Below are positions 45,686 to 55,667 of a stretch of DNA of 64,000 nt, in pieces. This DNA is from Candidatus Berkelbacteria bacterium RIFCSPLOWO2_01_FULL_50_28. GTDB taxonomy: Bacteria; Patescibacteriota; UBA1384; 2-12-FULL-50-11. The stretch is from the NCBI GenBank assembly GCA_001774395.1, contig MEZX01000003.1:9903-73902 (forward strand). The letters are read 5' to 3'. A model generated the notes under the pieces. The model was not told where the DNA came from. It worked only from the letters and a program-made list of their open reading frames with translations, and did no database searches. The stretch's first letter is position 1. Each line of letters begins with the position of its first letter. Made by a program: the position numbers and the translations under genes.

Positions 45686-46141
45686 ATGAGAAACTGTGAA
45701 GTTTGTGAGGTGCTCAAAAAAGATTTGGACGTAATTTTTGATAGCAAACATTGGCGCGTGTCACTGGATGCAACCGACCAGTATTACCTTGGTCGATCGT
45801 TTGTAACAGCTAAGCGGCACGTTGATGATTTGGCCGAGTTATCAAAGGAAGAATGGGAGGACCTGCGAAGCGTGATGAAAAAGTTTGAAACGGCGGTTCG
45901 CGGTGCTTTCGGCGCAATCTTATTCAACTGGAGCTGCTTAATGAATGGTTCGTGCCAAGAGAAACCGTACAATCCGCACGTCCACTGGCACGTTCGGCCG
46001 CGATACGACAAAAAAGTTATAGTTGCAGGCGAAGAGTTTGCTGATAACGAGTTCGGCCATCACTACGCCCGCAGTACCAGCCGCACCGTTGAGCCCAAAA
46101 CAAAAGCCGAAATAATCAAATCTATCCAGAAGTTTTTGTAA
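45686..46141 (+). CDS. HIT-family protein
   Basis: Histidine triad NPHVHWHVRPR. Confidence 0.7.
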   Translation: MRNCEVCEVLKKDLDVIFDSKHWRVSLDATDQYYLGRSFVTAKRHVDDLAELSKEEWEDLRSVMKKFETAVRGAFGAILFNWSCLMNGSCQEKPYNPHVHWHVRPRYDKKVIVAGEEFADNEFGHHYARSTSRTVEPKTKAEIIKSIQKFL

Positions 46142-46159
46142 TCAAACGTGTGATGGCTT

Positions 46160-48157
46160 TTATTTTTTTAAAATCCTCACGATACCATTATCAGCATCTA
46201 CCTCAATCTCGTTCCCATCTCTGAGTAATTTTGTGGCGACTTTGGTACCGACGATACAAGGCTTGTTCATTTCTCTTGAAACAATCGCAGCATGAGAAGT
46301 TAAGCCGCCTTCGTCTGTAATAAATGCCGCTGCTTTTTTCATCGCCGGCAAATACTTAGGCATAGTCATCGCTGCGACCAAAATATCTCCCTCCTTAACT
46401 TTCGGAAGGTCTCGTGTGCTTGAAACGATTCTTACGATACCCTTGGCTTGGCCTTTGTTTGCTACCTGTCCTTTTATTTCATTCTCTGTTACTTCTGCTT
46501 TTCCAGATATCACAGATTCTTCTTCCTCTAGAATTATTCCTAATTTTTCAAGATTATCGTCTAAATTGCCAGTAAAGATTTCGTTTTTGTAAAATATGAA
46601 TCCTCGTTTCCTCTCTTCTATTTTGGAGATGATATCTTCACTCTCTATCTCACCGCTCCATATTTCTTCTGGTAAAACGAAACGTGCACTATCTTTGATT
46701 TGGGGGAAGCTTGCTTCCATAAATTCTTTGAAAACCGCTTCTGGCGTTTCGTTATATTCTTGAGTTTGGCTTCTTGCTGCATAGGCCAGATGCTTTAACT
46801 CCTCATCTACCGGCAAAGCCGGAATCATAAAAACTACTCCGATATAAGCCCAAATTGAAGCATATCTTTCTTGAAATTGTCTTAGTTCCTCAACATTTTC
46901 TAGGAGTTTTTCTCCAGTGAAATATTTTTTTAACTCTTTGAAGCTAGAAATAAAACTTTCAATTTTTTCTGACATCCTGTTCTTATCACTACTGTTTTGT
47001 ATCACTGCGCCAAAAAGCCTTTTTAGCTCTATTGGCTCATAGTAAATCTCCACCAGATCCTCACCGCGATACACTGCACACGCTTCCTCCACTGACTCCC
47101 CTATGATTTTAGGAAGCTCTTGATTCATCGCCCGATACCACGTCGCCACACGGAACAGGGAGTACTCCCTTGCATGTTCTTTGGTAAATTTTCTTTTCAA
47201 GCGGGGCTCGGTTTTCCTGAGAGTGGTTATGGGTCTACTTTGGACAATATAGAATTTGCCTTGCTCAAATGCCCATTCAACGTCAACGGGAAAGCCGTAG
47301 TGCTTTTCAATGCTAATTACTTTTTCCGAAAGCTCTAGGATTTCCTTATCGGACAAAGCTTGTTTTTTTCCTTTTTCTTTTGGAATATCGTGCCATTCAT
47401 TGCCTCCGCTTTTGGCGCGATAAAATCCTCGTGATTGTGTTTGAATATTTTTGTCTATAATCCGTAGAGGTTGTTTTTCTACAACATAACTATCGGGCGT
47501 AATTTGTCCTGAAACGATTGCTTCGCCAAGCCCGAACCCTGCTTCAATAATGAGCTGGTTTCTGTCCTGTGTTACTGGATGAACGGAAAAAGCGATGCCC
47601 GATTTTTCGCTCTCAACCATTTTTTGTACAACAACGGCGACGGATATTTTTTGCTTGTGTAATTTTTTTTCAAAGCGGTAGAAAATGGCACGTGACGTGA
47701 ATAATGAAGCCCAACAGCTTTTCACATTATCAAGTAAATTTTCTTCCGTAGTATTGAGGTAACTCTCCAGCTGTCCCGCCCACGCCGCATTGGCAGAATC
47801 TTCTGCAGTAGCCGAAGACCTAACCGCCACATATTTTGCACCGAGGTTATCGAAGAATTTTTGGATTTCGCTTGTTAAATCCTCTGATATCTTTGCCCCG
47901 AGAATAAGCGCTTCGATTTTTTCCGAAGCGTTTTCAACACTATGAAGTTCTTTGTGATTGACCGAATCTAGAATTGACTCAATTTCAATATCTAGATTTG
48001 ATTCTTCTAAGAATTTTTCAAATGCGTTAGCAAGGATTACAAAACCCGGCGGCACAAGGATGCCCGACTGTGTCATTTCGCCAAGCGAAGCTCCTTTCCC
48101 TCCAGCTAGAGAAACATCATTCTTGTTGATCTTATTGAAATTACGTAGGAATCCCAT
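46160..48157 (-). CDS. PEP-utilizing enzyme family (pyruvate, water dikinase-like)
   Basis: N-terminal PPDK-N-like ATP-grasp region and C-terminal mobile-domain motif GGLTSHAAIVSREMNKPCIVG. Confidence 0.7.
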   Translation of the reverse strand: MGFLRNFNKINKNDVSLAGGKGASLGEMTQSGILVPPGFVILANAFEKFLEESNLDIEIESILDSVNHKELHSVENASEKIEALILGAKISEDLTSEIQKFFDNLGAKYVAVRSSATAEDSANAAWAGQLESYLNTTEENLLDNVKSCWASLFTSRAIFYRFEKKLHKQKISVAVVVQKMVESEKSGIAFSVHPVTQDRNQLIIEAGFGLGEAIVSGQITPDSYVVEKQPLRIIDKNIQTQSRGFYRAKSGGNEWHDIPKEKGKKQALSDKEILELSEKVISIEKHYGFPVDVEWAFEQGKFYIVQSRPITTLRKTEPRLKRKFTKEHAREYSLFRVATWYRAMNQELPKIIGESVEEACAVYRGEDLVEIYYEPIELKRLFGAVIQNSSDKNRMSEKIESFISSFKELKKYFTGEKLLENVEELRQFQERYASIWAYIGVVFMIPALPVDEELKHLAYAARSQTQEYNETPEAVFKEFMEASFPQIKDSARFVLPEEIWSGEIESEDIISKIEERKRGFIFYKNEIFTGNLDDNLEKLGIILEEEESVISGKAEVTENEIKGQVANKGQAKGIVRIVSSTRDLPKVKEGDILVAAMTMPKYLPAMKKAAAFITDEGGLTSHAAIVSREMNKPCIVGTKVATKLLRDGNEIEVDADNGIVRILKK

Positions 48158-48282
48158 TTGATTGACATTCTATCAGTTTTTCGCCGCCACACATTCTGGC
48201 GAGCGGGCAAAACTCTGTGGCAATGTTTATCACGGTAGATAACCCTAGAACATCCCGAAAAAATCGGTATACTGATTTCACG

Positions 48283-48660
48283 ATGCCGCGGCCGATTAGA
48301 ATCATTTTATTAGTCGCCTTTCTGCTCCTCGTTGGTGGAATAATTTGGGGCGTCGTTGCTAGTCGCGACAGCAAAAAAGCTGCAATGACAAACACATCAA
48401 AAGACAAAAACCTCATCGGTACGCCGGTGACGAGAACCACAGAACCTAAGACCACGAAAAACAAAAACAAGACCGTGTCCAAAAAGCCCATTCGATCCCT
48501 CGACCTTGCTCGCGGTAAACAGGATAAACAGGTCGCGAAACGGTTTGTCTGGATTATTACTACTTACGAAGAAATCTACGAAGTGTCGTTTAGCGAAGCC
48601 TCGGCTTCCGCCGGAGTAAGCTCCGATGGTTCAGCCTGGGCCGTAGCCCAAGCTTGGTAG
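48283..48660 (+). CDS. hypothetical membrane-anchored lysine/threonine-rich protein
   Basis: Internal Met with a TM helix. Confidence 0.35.
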   Translation: MPRPIRIILLVAFLLLVGGIIWGVVASRDSKKAAMTNTSKDKNLIGTPVTRTTEPKTTKNKNKTVSKKPIRSLDLARGKQDKQVAKRFVWIITTYEEIYEVSFSEASASAGVSSDGSAWAVAQAW

Positions 48661-48699
48661 ATCCTTTTTGTTCTTCACACACCCAACAGGAGGCCCAAC

Positions 48700-49305
48700 A
48701 TGGCCCGTCCCGCATTAAAGCAGATTCTTACCGGTACAATGACAGTTCTGCGCTCCGTGGTAAGCAAACCGTTCGACTTGGGAGACAAGACTTCAGCCCT
48801 TGAGTCTCTATCGCGCAAATACGTCCGATTGGTGCTGACGCGAAAGAAGATCGAGGGATACGAGGAGGAAGCCAAGAAGGAGATGATCGCGCTGCTTGGA
48901 CCGCTTGCCGACCACGTTGTTGAGATTTCCCTCATATACCGCCGAAAGCGGATAAGCCGCGTCGCCTGGTGGATGAATCGCTTCAAGTACAATATCGATG
49001 CGCTTTGGGATCGCCTCAAGTATGGGCACGAAGAAGCTTTCTATGACAACGTCAAGGAGGGTACAGCTTTCCGGATCGTTGTCCCGACGACACAACGAAC
49101 GAGAAAGCTAACCATCCAACGGTTTGAGCAGTTTATTCGGCAAGGCTTTCCCGGGGCCGACATAACGGCCTTTGCCCACTCCGACTTGGAAGTGATCGTC
49201 GATGAAGCAGGTCTTACCAATTACGCCGCAGAGCACAACATATCACTTTCGGGCACACGCAAGGCGGTCTACAACCTTTCCGTCAGCACCGACAAGCTCG
49301 AGTGA
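48700..49305 (+). CDS. hypothetical protein
   Basis: 201 aa with no recognised domain. Confidence 0.4.
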   Translation: MARPALKQILTGTMTVLRSVVSKPFDLGDKTSALESLSRKYVRLVLTRKKIEGYEEEAKKEMIALLGPLADHVVEISLIYRRKRISRVAWWMNRFKYNIDALWDRLKYGHEEAFYDNVKEGTAFRIVVPTTQRTRKLTIQRFEQFIRQGFPGADITAFAHSDLEVIVDEAGLTNYAAEHNISLSGTRKAVYNLSVSTDKLE

Positions 49306-49352
49306 ACAGCCAATCTCCGCTTCCGTCCCAGCCTCGCGGCTGGGACACTATG

Positions 49353-51149
49353 TTATCTGCGCAATAGTTCCACAAACACGTTAGACGGGACTTCGACGCG
49401 GCCGAGCAGGCGCATTTTTTTCTTACCTTTTTTCTGTTTATCGAGCAGTTTGTTTTTGCGCGTAACATCGCCGCCGTAGAGCTTGGCAGTCACGTCTTTG
49501 CGCAGGGCCGAAATATCGGCCCGAGCCAAAATTTTAGCGCCGATGGCCGCCTGAATTGAAACTTCGAAGCTCTGACGAGGAACTAGCTCTTTCAAGCGAC
49601 TGACCATATGGCGACCGAACGCCAATGATTTTTCGCGAATTACCTGATGCGATAGAGCGTCCACTGTTTCGCCACCGATTAGCAGATCGACGGTGACCAA
49701 ATCCGCTGGCCGATACTCTTTGAACTGATAATCCATTGAGGCGTAGCCGCTGGTAGTGCCCTTTAACCGATCATAAAAATCAACGATGATTTCAGACAGT
49801 GGCGCATCAAAATAGGCGATAAGCTGTTCGCCAACGTACTCAACGTTTAGAAAAACACAGCGGCTCTGCGCAGCCAGCTCCGAAACCGGGCCGAAGTAAT
49901 TTTTCGGCGCCACAATTTCTAAGCCCACCCACGGCTCGAGCGACGTTTCACCATCTTTTTGGTAGGCGACAGTGGGAGTGGTAACTAGAACGGTAATATC
50001 AAACTCGCGCTCCAAACGCTCTTTAATAATTTCCAAATGGAGCAGCCCCAAAAAACCGATCGTGTAGCCCGGTCCAAGAGCTTTGGAATATATCGGTTCG
50101 TAAGTTAGCGAGGCATCGGTCAGCTTCAGTTTGCCAAGTGCCACCCCTAGCAAAGATTCTTTTTCCGGCTCGGGAAAGAACGATGCGTAGACCATCGAGC
50201 GGACGGTTTTGTAACCCGGCAGTGGCCCAACGTCGCTATTTTGCGCGACGATTGTGTCACCGACGCGGCAATCAGCGACTTTCTTTAATCCGGTGGCGAC
50301 GTAGCCAATTTCGCCGTTGGCCATTCTTGGAGTTTCAACCCGTTTAAGCTGCAGATAACCCACCTGCTCCGCTTTAAAATCGACGCCGGCAACGCCCATT
50401 TTCAACATCTCGCCCTTGTTAAGAGAGCCATCGACTACTTTGACGTAGGCGACCACGCCCAAGAATTGATCAAAAAACGAATCGAATACTAACGCGCGGG
50501 TCGGCTTATCGGCATTGTTGGCCGGTGCGGGAACTCGTCTGACGATCTCCTCCAACAGCTCGTCCACCCCTTCGCCGGTTTTGCCGGAAACGAATATAAT
50601 CTCCTCCAAATCGCAGCCAAGCAGGTCCATTAAGGCTTTAGCGGTGTCTTCGGTCTGTGCCGTCGGTAGATCAATCTTGTTAACTACTGGAATAACTTTT
50701 AGGCCCAAGTCACGCACCAAGTTCAAATTAGTAATCGTTTGGGCCTGGACTCCCTGGCTGGCGTCAACCAGCAAAATTACTCCTTCAACCGCGGCGAGCG
50801 AGCGGGAAACTTCGTAACCGAAATCGACGTGGCCGGGAGTATCAATCAGATTCAACTGATAACCAGTCGAATCCGCAGTTTTCAATTCACAATTTTCAAT
50901 TTTCATATTTTGAGAATTGTTTAGGATTTCGGATTTAGGATTTAGAGTTTGCGTATGTTTTGCTTTGTAAAACATACGCGCCGGGTTTAGTTTGATCGTG
51001 ATGCCGCGCTCGCGCTCTAACTCCATTGTGTCGAGTAGCTGCTCACCCGAGCCAACTTTAACCGCACCAGTTTTTTCTAGCAGTCGATCGGCAAGGGTAG
51101 ATTTTCCGTGGTCCACATGGGCAACGATACAGAAGTTCCTTACTTGCAT
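49353..51149 (-). CDS. lepA: elongation factor 4 (LepA), with an about 25-aa in-frame insertion in the G domain
   Basis: NFCIVAHVDHGKSTL and DTPGHVDF motifs and the LepA C-terminal domain. There is an extra segment KAKHTQTLNPKSEILNNSQNMKIENCELKTADSTG. Confidence 0.9.
   Translation of the reverse strand: MQVRNFCIVAHVDHGKSTLADRLLEKTGAVKVGSGEQLLDTMELERERGITIKLNPARMFYKAKHTQTLNPKSEILNNSQNMKIENCELKTADSTGYQLNLIDTPGHVDFGYEVSRSLAAVEGVILLVDASQGVQAQTITNLNLVRDLGLKVIPVVNKIDLPTAQTEDTAKALMDLLGCDLEEIIFVSGKTGEGVDELLEEIVRRVPAPANNADKPTRALVFDSFFDQFLGVVAYVKVVDGSLNKGEMLKMGVAGVDFKAEQVGYLQLKRVETPRMANGEIGYVATGLKKVADCRVGDTIVAQNSDVGPLPGYKTVRSMVYASFFPEPEKESLLGVALGKLKLTDASLTYEPIYSKALGPGYTIGFLGLLHLEIIKERLEREFDITVLVTTPTVAYQKDGETSLEPWVGLEIVAPKNYFGPVSELAAQSRCVFLNVEYVGEQLIAYFDAPLSEIIVDFYDRLKGTTSGYASMDYQFKEYRPADLVTVDLLIGGETVDALSHQVIREKSLAFGRHMVSRLKELVPRQSFEVSIQAAIGAKILARADISALRKDVTAKLYGGDVTRKNKLLDKQKKGKKKMRLLGRVEVPSNVFVELLRR
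50885..50985. repeat. AT-rich low-complexity insertion with an 11-bp perfect hairpin and 8-nt tandem repeats inside lepA
   Basis: ggatttcggatttaggatttagagttt, then gcgtatgtttt-gctttgt-aaaacatacgc. It encodes the extra LepA loop. Confidence 0.5.
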
Positions 51150-51955
51150 CGTTGTTGAATGTTTGCCAAGCAAAGTTCTACTTGACGTTTTCTAGTTTGA
51201 TGTAGGAGATGGGGATTGATCATATCAATAAATAGTTTTAGAGAGGCTGCCTCATTAACGTTAATTCGCCACAAGTCTTGATTGATGGGTTTTCCGCCAG
51301 GCCACTTAGATCCCGCTACGGCGATTCTTCGCAGTATAGAACTAACCCCCCTCCTTATCAAGAAGTCATGGATATTCATCAGAATCTTTTTGTCGTAAGA
51401 ATCAATCTTGAATCGGGCACGCCCCTGGTTGAGAATGAAATTTCCTTCGGCGTCAGTATAGCCCGCGATGTACGACTGAAAAGTCTTGTTTGATGATAGG
51501 AGCCAGCACGGCATTTGCTTCTTCTCGGTAACTAAAAAAAGGAAAGTCCGGTTCAAGTAACAGTTGACGTGAAAACCGTTGGATTCTGATCTAGAAACAC
51601 TTACCCTTCCGTAGCGTGAAAAGACTTCTTCCAGAATTACTACTTGCACTTCTTGGGTAGTATGACAACGGGCAACCACGGTTTGCTCTCCGGGAAGTGT
51701 GTAAGTGTTCAAATCTCCATCGGTCAGTCCGAGCATATAAGCTTTCTCGGTTACATTTCCAGAGAAGTTAGCCCTGGGGAATCTTATCCTCGCCTGGCTC
51801 GCTGATTTACGAGGTATTGCCAATTCCCTAATTCGGTTGATTACGGTCATTGGGTCACAACTATAAATCCTGGCAATTTTTATTGTTGACAGACCCTCCT
51901 CCCAGTAAAGTTTTTCTAGAACCCTTTTTGGGATATTGATTTTGGTTCTGCTCAT
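51140..51955 (-). CDS. LAGLIDADG-family homing endonuclease (free-standing) with an N-terminal HTH
   Basis: Two LAGLIDADG motifs, YMLGLTDGDLN and IAGYTDAEGNF. 271 aa. Its end overlaps the lepA start by about 10 nt. Confidence 0.65.
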   Translation of the reverse strand: MSRTKINIPKRVLEKLYWEEGLSTIKIARIYSCDPMTVINRIRELAIPRKSASQARIRFPRANFSGNVTEKAYMLGLTDGDLNTYTLPGEQTVVARCHTTQEVQVVILEEVFSRYGRVSVSRSESNGFHVNCYLNRTFLFLVTEKKQMPCWLLSSNKTFQSYIAGYTDAEGNFILNQGRARFKIDSYDKKILMNIHDFLIRRGVSSILRRIAVAGSKWPGGKPINQDLWRINVNEAASLKLFIDMINPHLLHQTRKRQVELCLANIQQRCK

Positions 51956-52118
51956 TTATATATCTATATGATAGCACAATTCATGGCAGAAACTTCACAG
52001 TATTTCACTCAGCACTAGTTAGTGCGAGTTAGGACCCACCAAAAAACGCCGAGAACTAACGCCAATAGTAAAAACAGCCCGACCAAACAGCCCCAGCTGT
52101 TGCGATGCCGATAACGAT

Positions 52119-53732
52119 CTACTTCGGTATAGAAGCCGCCCGGTTGGGATGAATTATTCGCCATTGTTCCAGTTTAAACACCTTACTCCACACAAAATAG
52201 AAAGCCAGTCCTACACTCAGAGCGAAGATGATTTCAACTAAGTTCTGCGCTGACGCTTTCGGCGTTAAGCTGTGCGAAAGCGTGGGGGCAAGGAGGTAGG
52301 TAACGCGAATAACCAACGCAAAAATTATCGAGCCCAACGCTACCAACGGGAAGTTAACCCGCCCCTCTTCATCGGACCAGATCAAGCTTATCGGAAGCTT
52401 CAAGCTAACCCACAACGCGACGGCGTTAACGGTAGAGCCAACGGAAAACGCCAGCGCCAGTCCGGCGGCACCAAGATCGGTCTGCCGAGCGAGCAACAAT
52501 GCCAGAGCCCAGGCAACGGCAATCGAAAACAGGCTGATAACCGTCGGGCGAACGGTATTACCCCGAGCAAAATATACTCGCGCCAGCAAGAGAATACAGC
52601 CCTGGAAGAATAGTGAGACGACGAAGAATTGAAATGTTCGAGTTGCCAGAGCTAGTTCGTGTGAACCGATACTGTGCCCAACACTAATGTAGAGATCGAT
52701 AACCTGTCCGCTGGAAAACAGCAGGAATATTGTTACCGGTAAAAATATAAAGAGGATTAACCGTAGGGCCTTGCCGATAAGCTGGCGAAATTCTGAGTCT
52801 TTGCCCAGCGAAACATGGCGAGCGAAATCTGGCAGCACCGCCATCGCCAACGTATTGGCAAGAAGCAGAACTGGCGCTGTCTGCAGGTCGTCGGTTAGCC
52901 GATAAATTGCGATAGATCCCGCTTCAAAGTGAGACGCAATGCGGTAAAACGCCAACAGCAGCATTTGATTGCCGGTCAGCGACAGAGCCCGCGGTATCAT
53001 CAAACGGATCACCCGCCGAACGTGAGCATCGACTATCGAGAGCTGAAAACGGAACTTCCAACCCAGGCCGATGAGCGTTGGCAGCTGCACCAGAACGTGA
53101 GCCACGGCACCCAAAATAACCCCCAAAACTAACGCCGGTAATCCAAAGCGCGGGATGAGCATTGCTCCAGCAATAATGGCGATGTTATAAATCAACGGGG
53201 ACAGAGCTGAGGCCAAAAAATAGCGCTTCGCCTGCAGGGCCGAACTAATCAGCTGCGAAACGGTAAAAAGTAACGGACTTAAGAGAAGAATCTTTGCCAG
53301 GCTTGTTGTCGCGGCAACGTCGGCGTTGGCAAACCCAGGCAAGATGGCATTCACAAAGAAGGGCATGGCCGCAAATAGAACCACCATCGCGATAGTGATT
53401 GCGACAAATCCCGTCGAAATTAAAGTGTTAAAGGCCCGCCAAAATTTTTCCTGGTCTCCCTTTGTGTCGAGCTCCACCAGTAACGGCACGACGGCCGAAG
53501 ATAGGGCACCGACGATAATAAAGTTGTAGAAAAGATCCGGCAAGGCAAATGCAGCGTAGTAACTGTCAAGCGGCCCGATAGTGCCGTAAGTTACACCAAC
53601 CCGGTTGGCTATAACAATGTTTCGCACAAGACCCAACACACTACCAACAAGCGAGGTAACAAACAGTATCCCCACCGCCTGTTTCAGGCCATTACTGCGG
53701 TGCATCAGGCTCGTGAGGCTACGAACGCTCAT
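52119..53732 (-). CDS. murJ: lipid II flippase MurJ (MviN)
   Basis: 537 aa with 14 TM helices and MurJ-like conserved Arg/Asp positions. Confidence 0.8.
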   Translation of the reverse strand: MSVRSLTSLMHRSNGLKQAVGILFVTSLVGSVLGLVRNIVIANRVGVTYGTIGPLDSYYAAFALPDLFYNFIIVGALSSAVVPLLVELDTKGDQEKFWRAFNTLISTGFVAITIAMVVLFAAMPFFVNAILPGFANADVAATTSLAKILLLSPLLFTVSQLISSALQAKRYFLASALSPLIYNIAIIAGAMLIPRFGLPALVLGVILGAVAHVLVQLPTLIGLGWKFRFQLSIVDAHVRRVIRLMIPRALSLTGNQMLLLAFYRIASHFEAGSIAIYRLTDDLQTAPVLLLANTLAMAVLPDFARHVSLGKDSEFRQLIGKALRLILFIFLPVTIFLLFSSGQVIDLYISVGHSIGSHELALATRTFQFFVVSLFFQGCILLLARVYFARGNTVRPTVISLFSIAVAWALALLLARQTDLGAAGLALAFSVGSTVNAVALWVSLKLPISLIWSDEEGRVNFPLVALGSIIFALVIRVTYLLAPTLSHSLTPKASAQNLVEIIFALSVGLAFYFVWSKVFKLEQWRIIHPNRAASIPK

Positions 53733-55066
53733 CAGCGGCTACGCGCTAATTTCCATAACAACGCCGTCAAGACAGCCAGAAGAGCCAGCAGACCGATCAG
53801 AGTTGCCACTACGTTTTCACTTAAGCTTAGGATGAATTGATTACCGCTGGTCGCTTCTTTGGCGATTAGGTCAGGATCGAATATCACCGCTTGGCTGCCT
53901 ACTTCCTGGTTACCGTTGGTTGCAGAGATAACAACGGCATGGCGATTCGTCCCAGTGTACTCAACCGTTGCCTGATACAACCCATCCACTTCCGAGAGCG
54001 GTAGAATTTTTACCTCCCCACGCGAGGCTTTTAGCGATAAGGTTTTTTGCAGATTTCCGAGCAGATTGCCCTCATCGTCCTTGGCCGTAATATAGACCTT
54101 CACTTGATCCCTGGCGGTGGCCGGAAAAACTTGAAACGAGTACTGATCGACATTGAGGTTCCGACTGATCGCCACCGTCTGAAAGCTCTTTACCGCTCCC
54201 AGCAGCTTACTGCTTCCCTGCGAATCGGTTGTCGCAACCTGATAGTAATATGTTTTAGCGCTCTCCAGGCCGGAGAGCTTCAAGGCATGATACATCGAGG
54301 AAGAGCTACTTTCGACAGAACCAGAGAGCGATGAAGTCAAGCCAAAGTTTACGACCACCCTGCCAGAAAACTGTAATTTCACCAGAACGATAGCCGCCTG
54401 CGGTAGGGCAATCTCATCGGTTGAGACCAAACGCTGCAGACCAAAGCCCGAGTTTGTCGGGGTCGGCTCGGTGCTCTCACTTGCTACGATCGGACTGGCA
54501 CCCGACGGTGCAATCGTTAGCACCGAATTCTGAACCGAATTAAGCGCGTTATAGACCGCTGTGGCGTCGCTGGTCATCAATGCAATTGCACTCCGCGTTG
54601 GGTCAATCTTGATCTCGGCCGGACCGTTCTTTAAAGGTCGGAAAACAAATGTGGCGAAGACTGAGCGCGTAGATAAGCTTGATACTGCCGCACCGCTAGG
54701 AACAGCTACCCAAAAGACCGTGCCCGGACTTTTATCAATTTTGGCAGTCGTCCAGCCCGAGGACGGTTTGACTGAATCTAATGATAGGGCGGTGGGGTCG
54801 TAGTCGATGCTGACTTGAATGCCCGCCCCCAAGGAAGAGGCATCAAAATCTGACTGCAACACAAGAGAGAGCGGTTTGCCGAGCGGGGCAACTAACGTTG
54901 TTGGAGTAAAGTGCAGAGCGCCGTTCACAGACTCCGCCTTGAAGACAATTCGTTGCAGAATCGCTGAGCCAACAAGTAAAATCACGGTGATTATAACGAC
55001 GATCGTAAAAACCAGTCGCTCCGACCGGAGAGGTGTCCGGGCTTTCATAAAACGTTCTCCGCCCAA
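53732..55066 (-). CDS. cell-surface protein with a cohesin-like domain and Ig-like repeats, plus a C-terminal TM anchor
   Basis: N-terminal TM helix, cohesin-like segment FTPTTLVAPLGKPLSLVLQSDFDASSLGAGIQVSIDYDP, C-terminal hydrophobic anchor. Confidence 0.45.
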   Translation of the reverse strand: MGGERFMKARTPLRSERLVFTIVVIITVILLVGSAILQRIVFKAESVNGALHFTPTTLVAPLGKPLSLVLQSDFDASSLGAGIQVSIDYDPTALSLDSVKPSSGWTTAKIDKSPGTVFWVAVPSGAAVSSLSTRSVFATFVFRPLKNGPAEIKIDPTRSAIALMTSDATAVYNALNSVQNSVLTIAPSGASPIVASESTEPTPTNSGFGLQRLVSTDEIALPQAAIVLVKLQFSGRVVVNFGLTSSLSGSVESSSSSMYHALKLSGLESAKTYYYQVATTDSQGSSKLLGAVKSFQTVAISRNLNVDQYSFQVFPATARDQVKVYITAKDDEGNLLGNLQKTLSLKASRGEVKILPLSEVDGLYQATVEYTGTNRHAVVISATNGNQEVGSQAVIFDPDLIAKEATSGNQFILSLSENVVATLIGLLALLAVLTALLWKLARSR

Positions 55067-55590
55067 GGTTGACCATCCGGCCGCGTTTCGCCCACTTTTT
55101 TACCAATTCTTACCAGCGCCAGATCGATTACATCAATCCGACCATCGGCATTGATATCCGTTGCACTGTTGGAATCTGGCGGTAGAGCAAGCCGGCTACG
55201 AACTATCTTTTCGTCGCGTCCATCGATTGAATTATCACCCGTCACGTCGCCCACAGTAATTGCCAGTCGATTCGCTTCGTCAACACGGAGGGCTAGTTTG
55301 CCGGCGAGGACGCGGGCAACTTTAATAGTAACTGTTTGAGCTTCTAACCCAACCAAACTATCGGCTGCGATAAACCGGCAGGCGTTAACTTGTTGCATGG
55401 CGTCAAGCACTACTCTGTTATCGTTATCGGTAGCAACTATCCACGCCTCTTTCGGGCAGAACTGTCCGGGCAGATTTGTTAGCTCTACCGTAGTTGCTAC
55501 ATCGTCGTCCCTCGTCCAGAACAAAATCCCGCCGACCAACGCCAAGACAGCAACTAACAGCACCGCCCCAGTCAATCTGTTGCCTTTCAT
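55045..55590 (-). CDS. dockerin-repeat-containing secreted protein
   Basis: Paired Ca-binding dockerin repeats GDVTGDNSIDGRDEKIV and DINADGRIDVIDLALV. Confidence 0.5.
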   Translation of the reverse strand: MKGNRLTGAVLLVAVLALVGGILFWTRDDDVATTVELTNLPGQFCPKEAWIVATDNDNRVVLDAMQQVNACRFIAADSLVGLEAQTVTIKVARVLAGKLALRVDEANRLAITVGDVTGDNSIDGRDEKIVRSRLALPPDSNSATDINADGRIDVIDLALVRIGKKVGETRPDGQPWAENVL

Positions 55591-55667
55591 AAGCTAAGCC
55601 TACCACAGGAGCGGCCAAGGCGTCACTGACGGTGACGGATTGATACATTTCAGGCTACGATGGAAAG

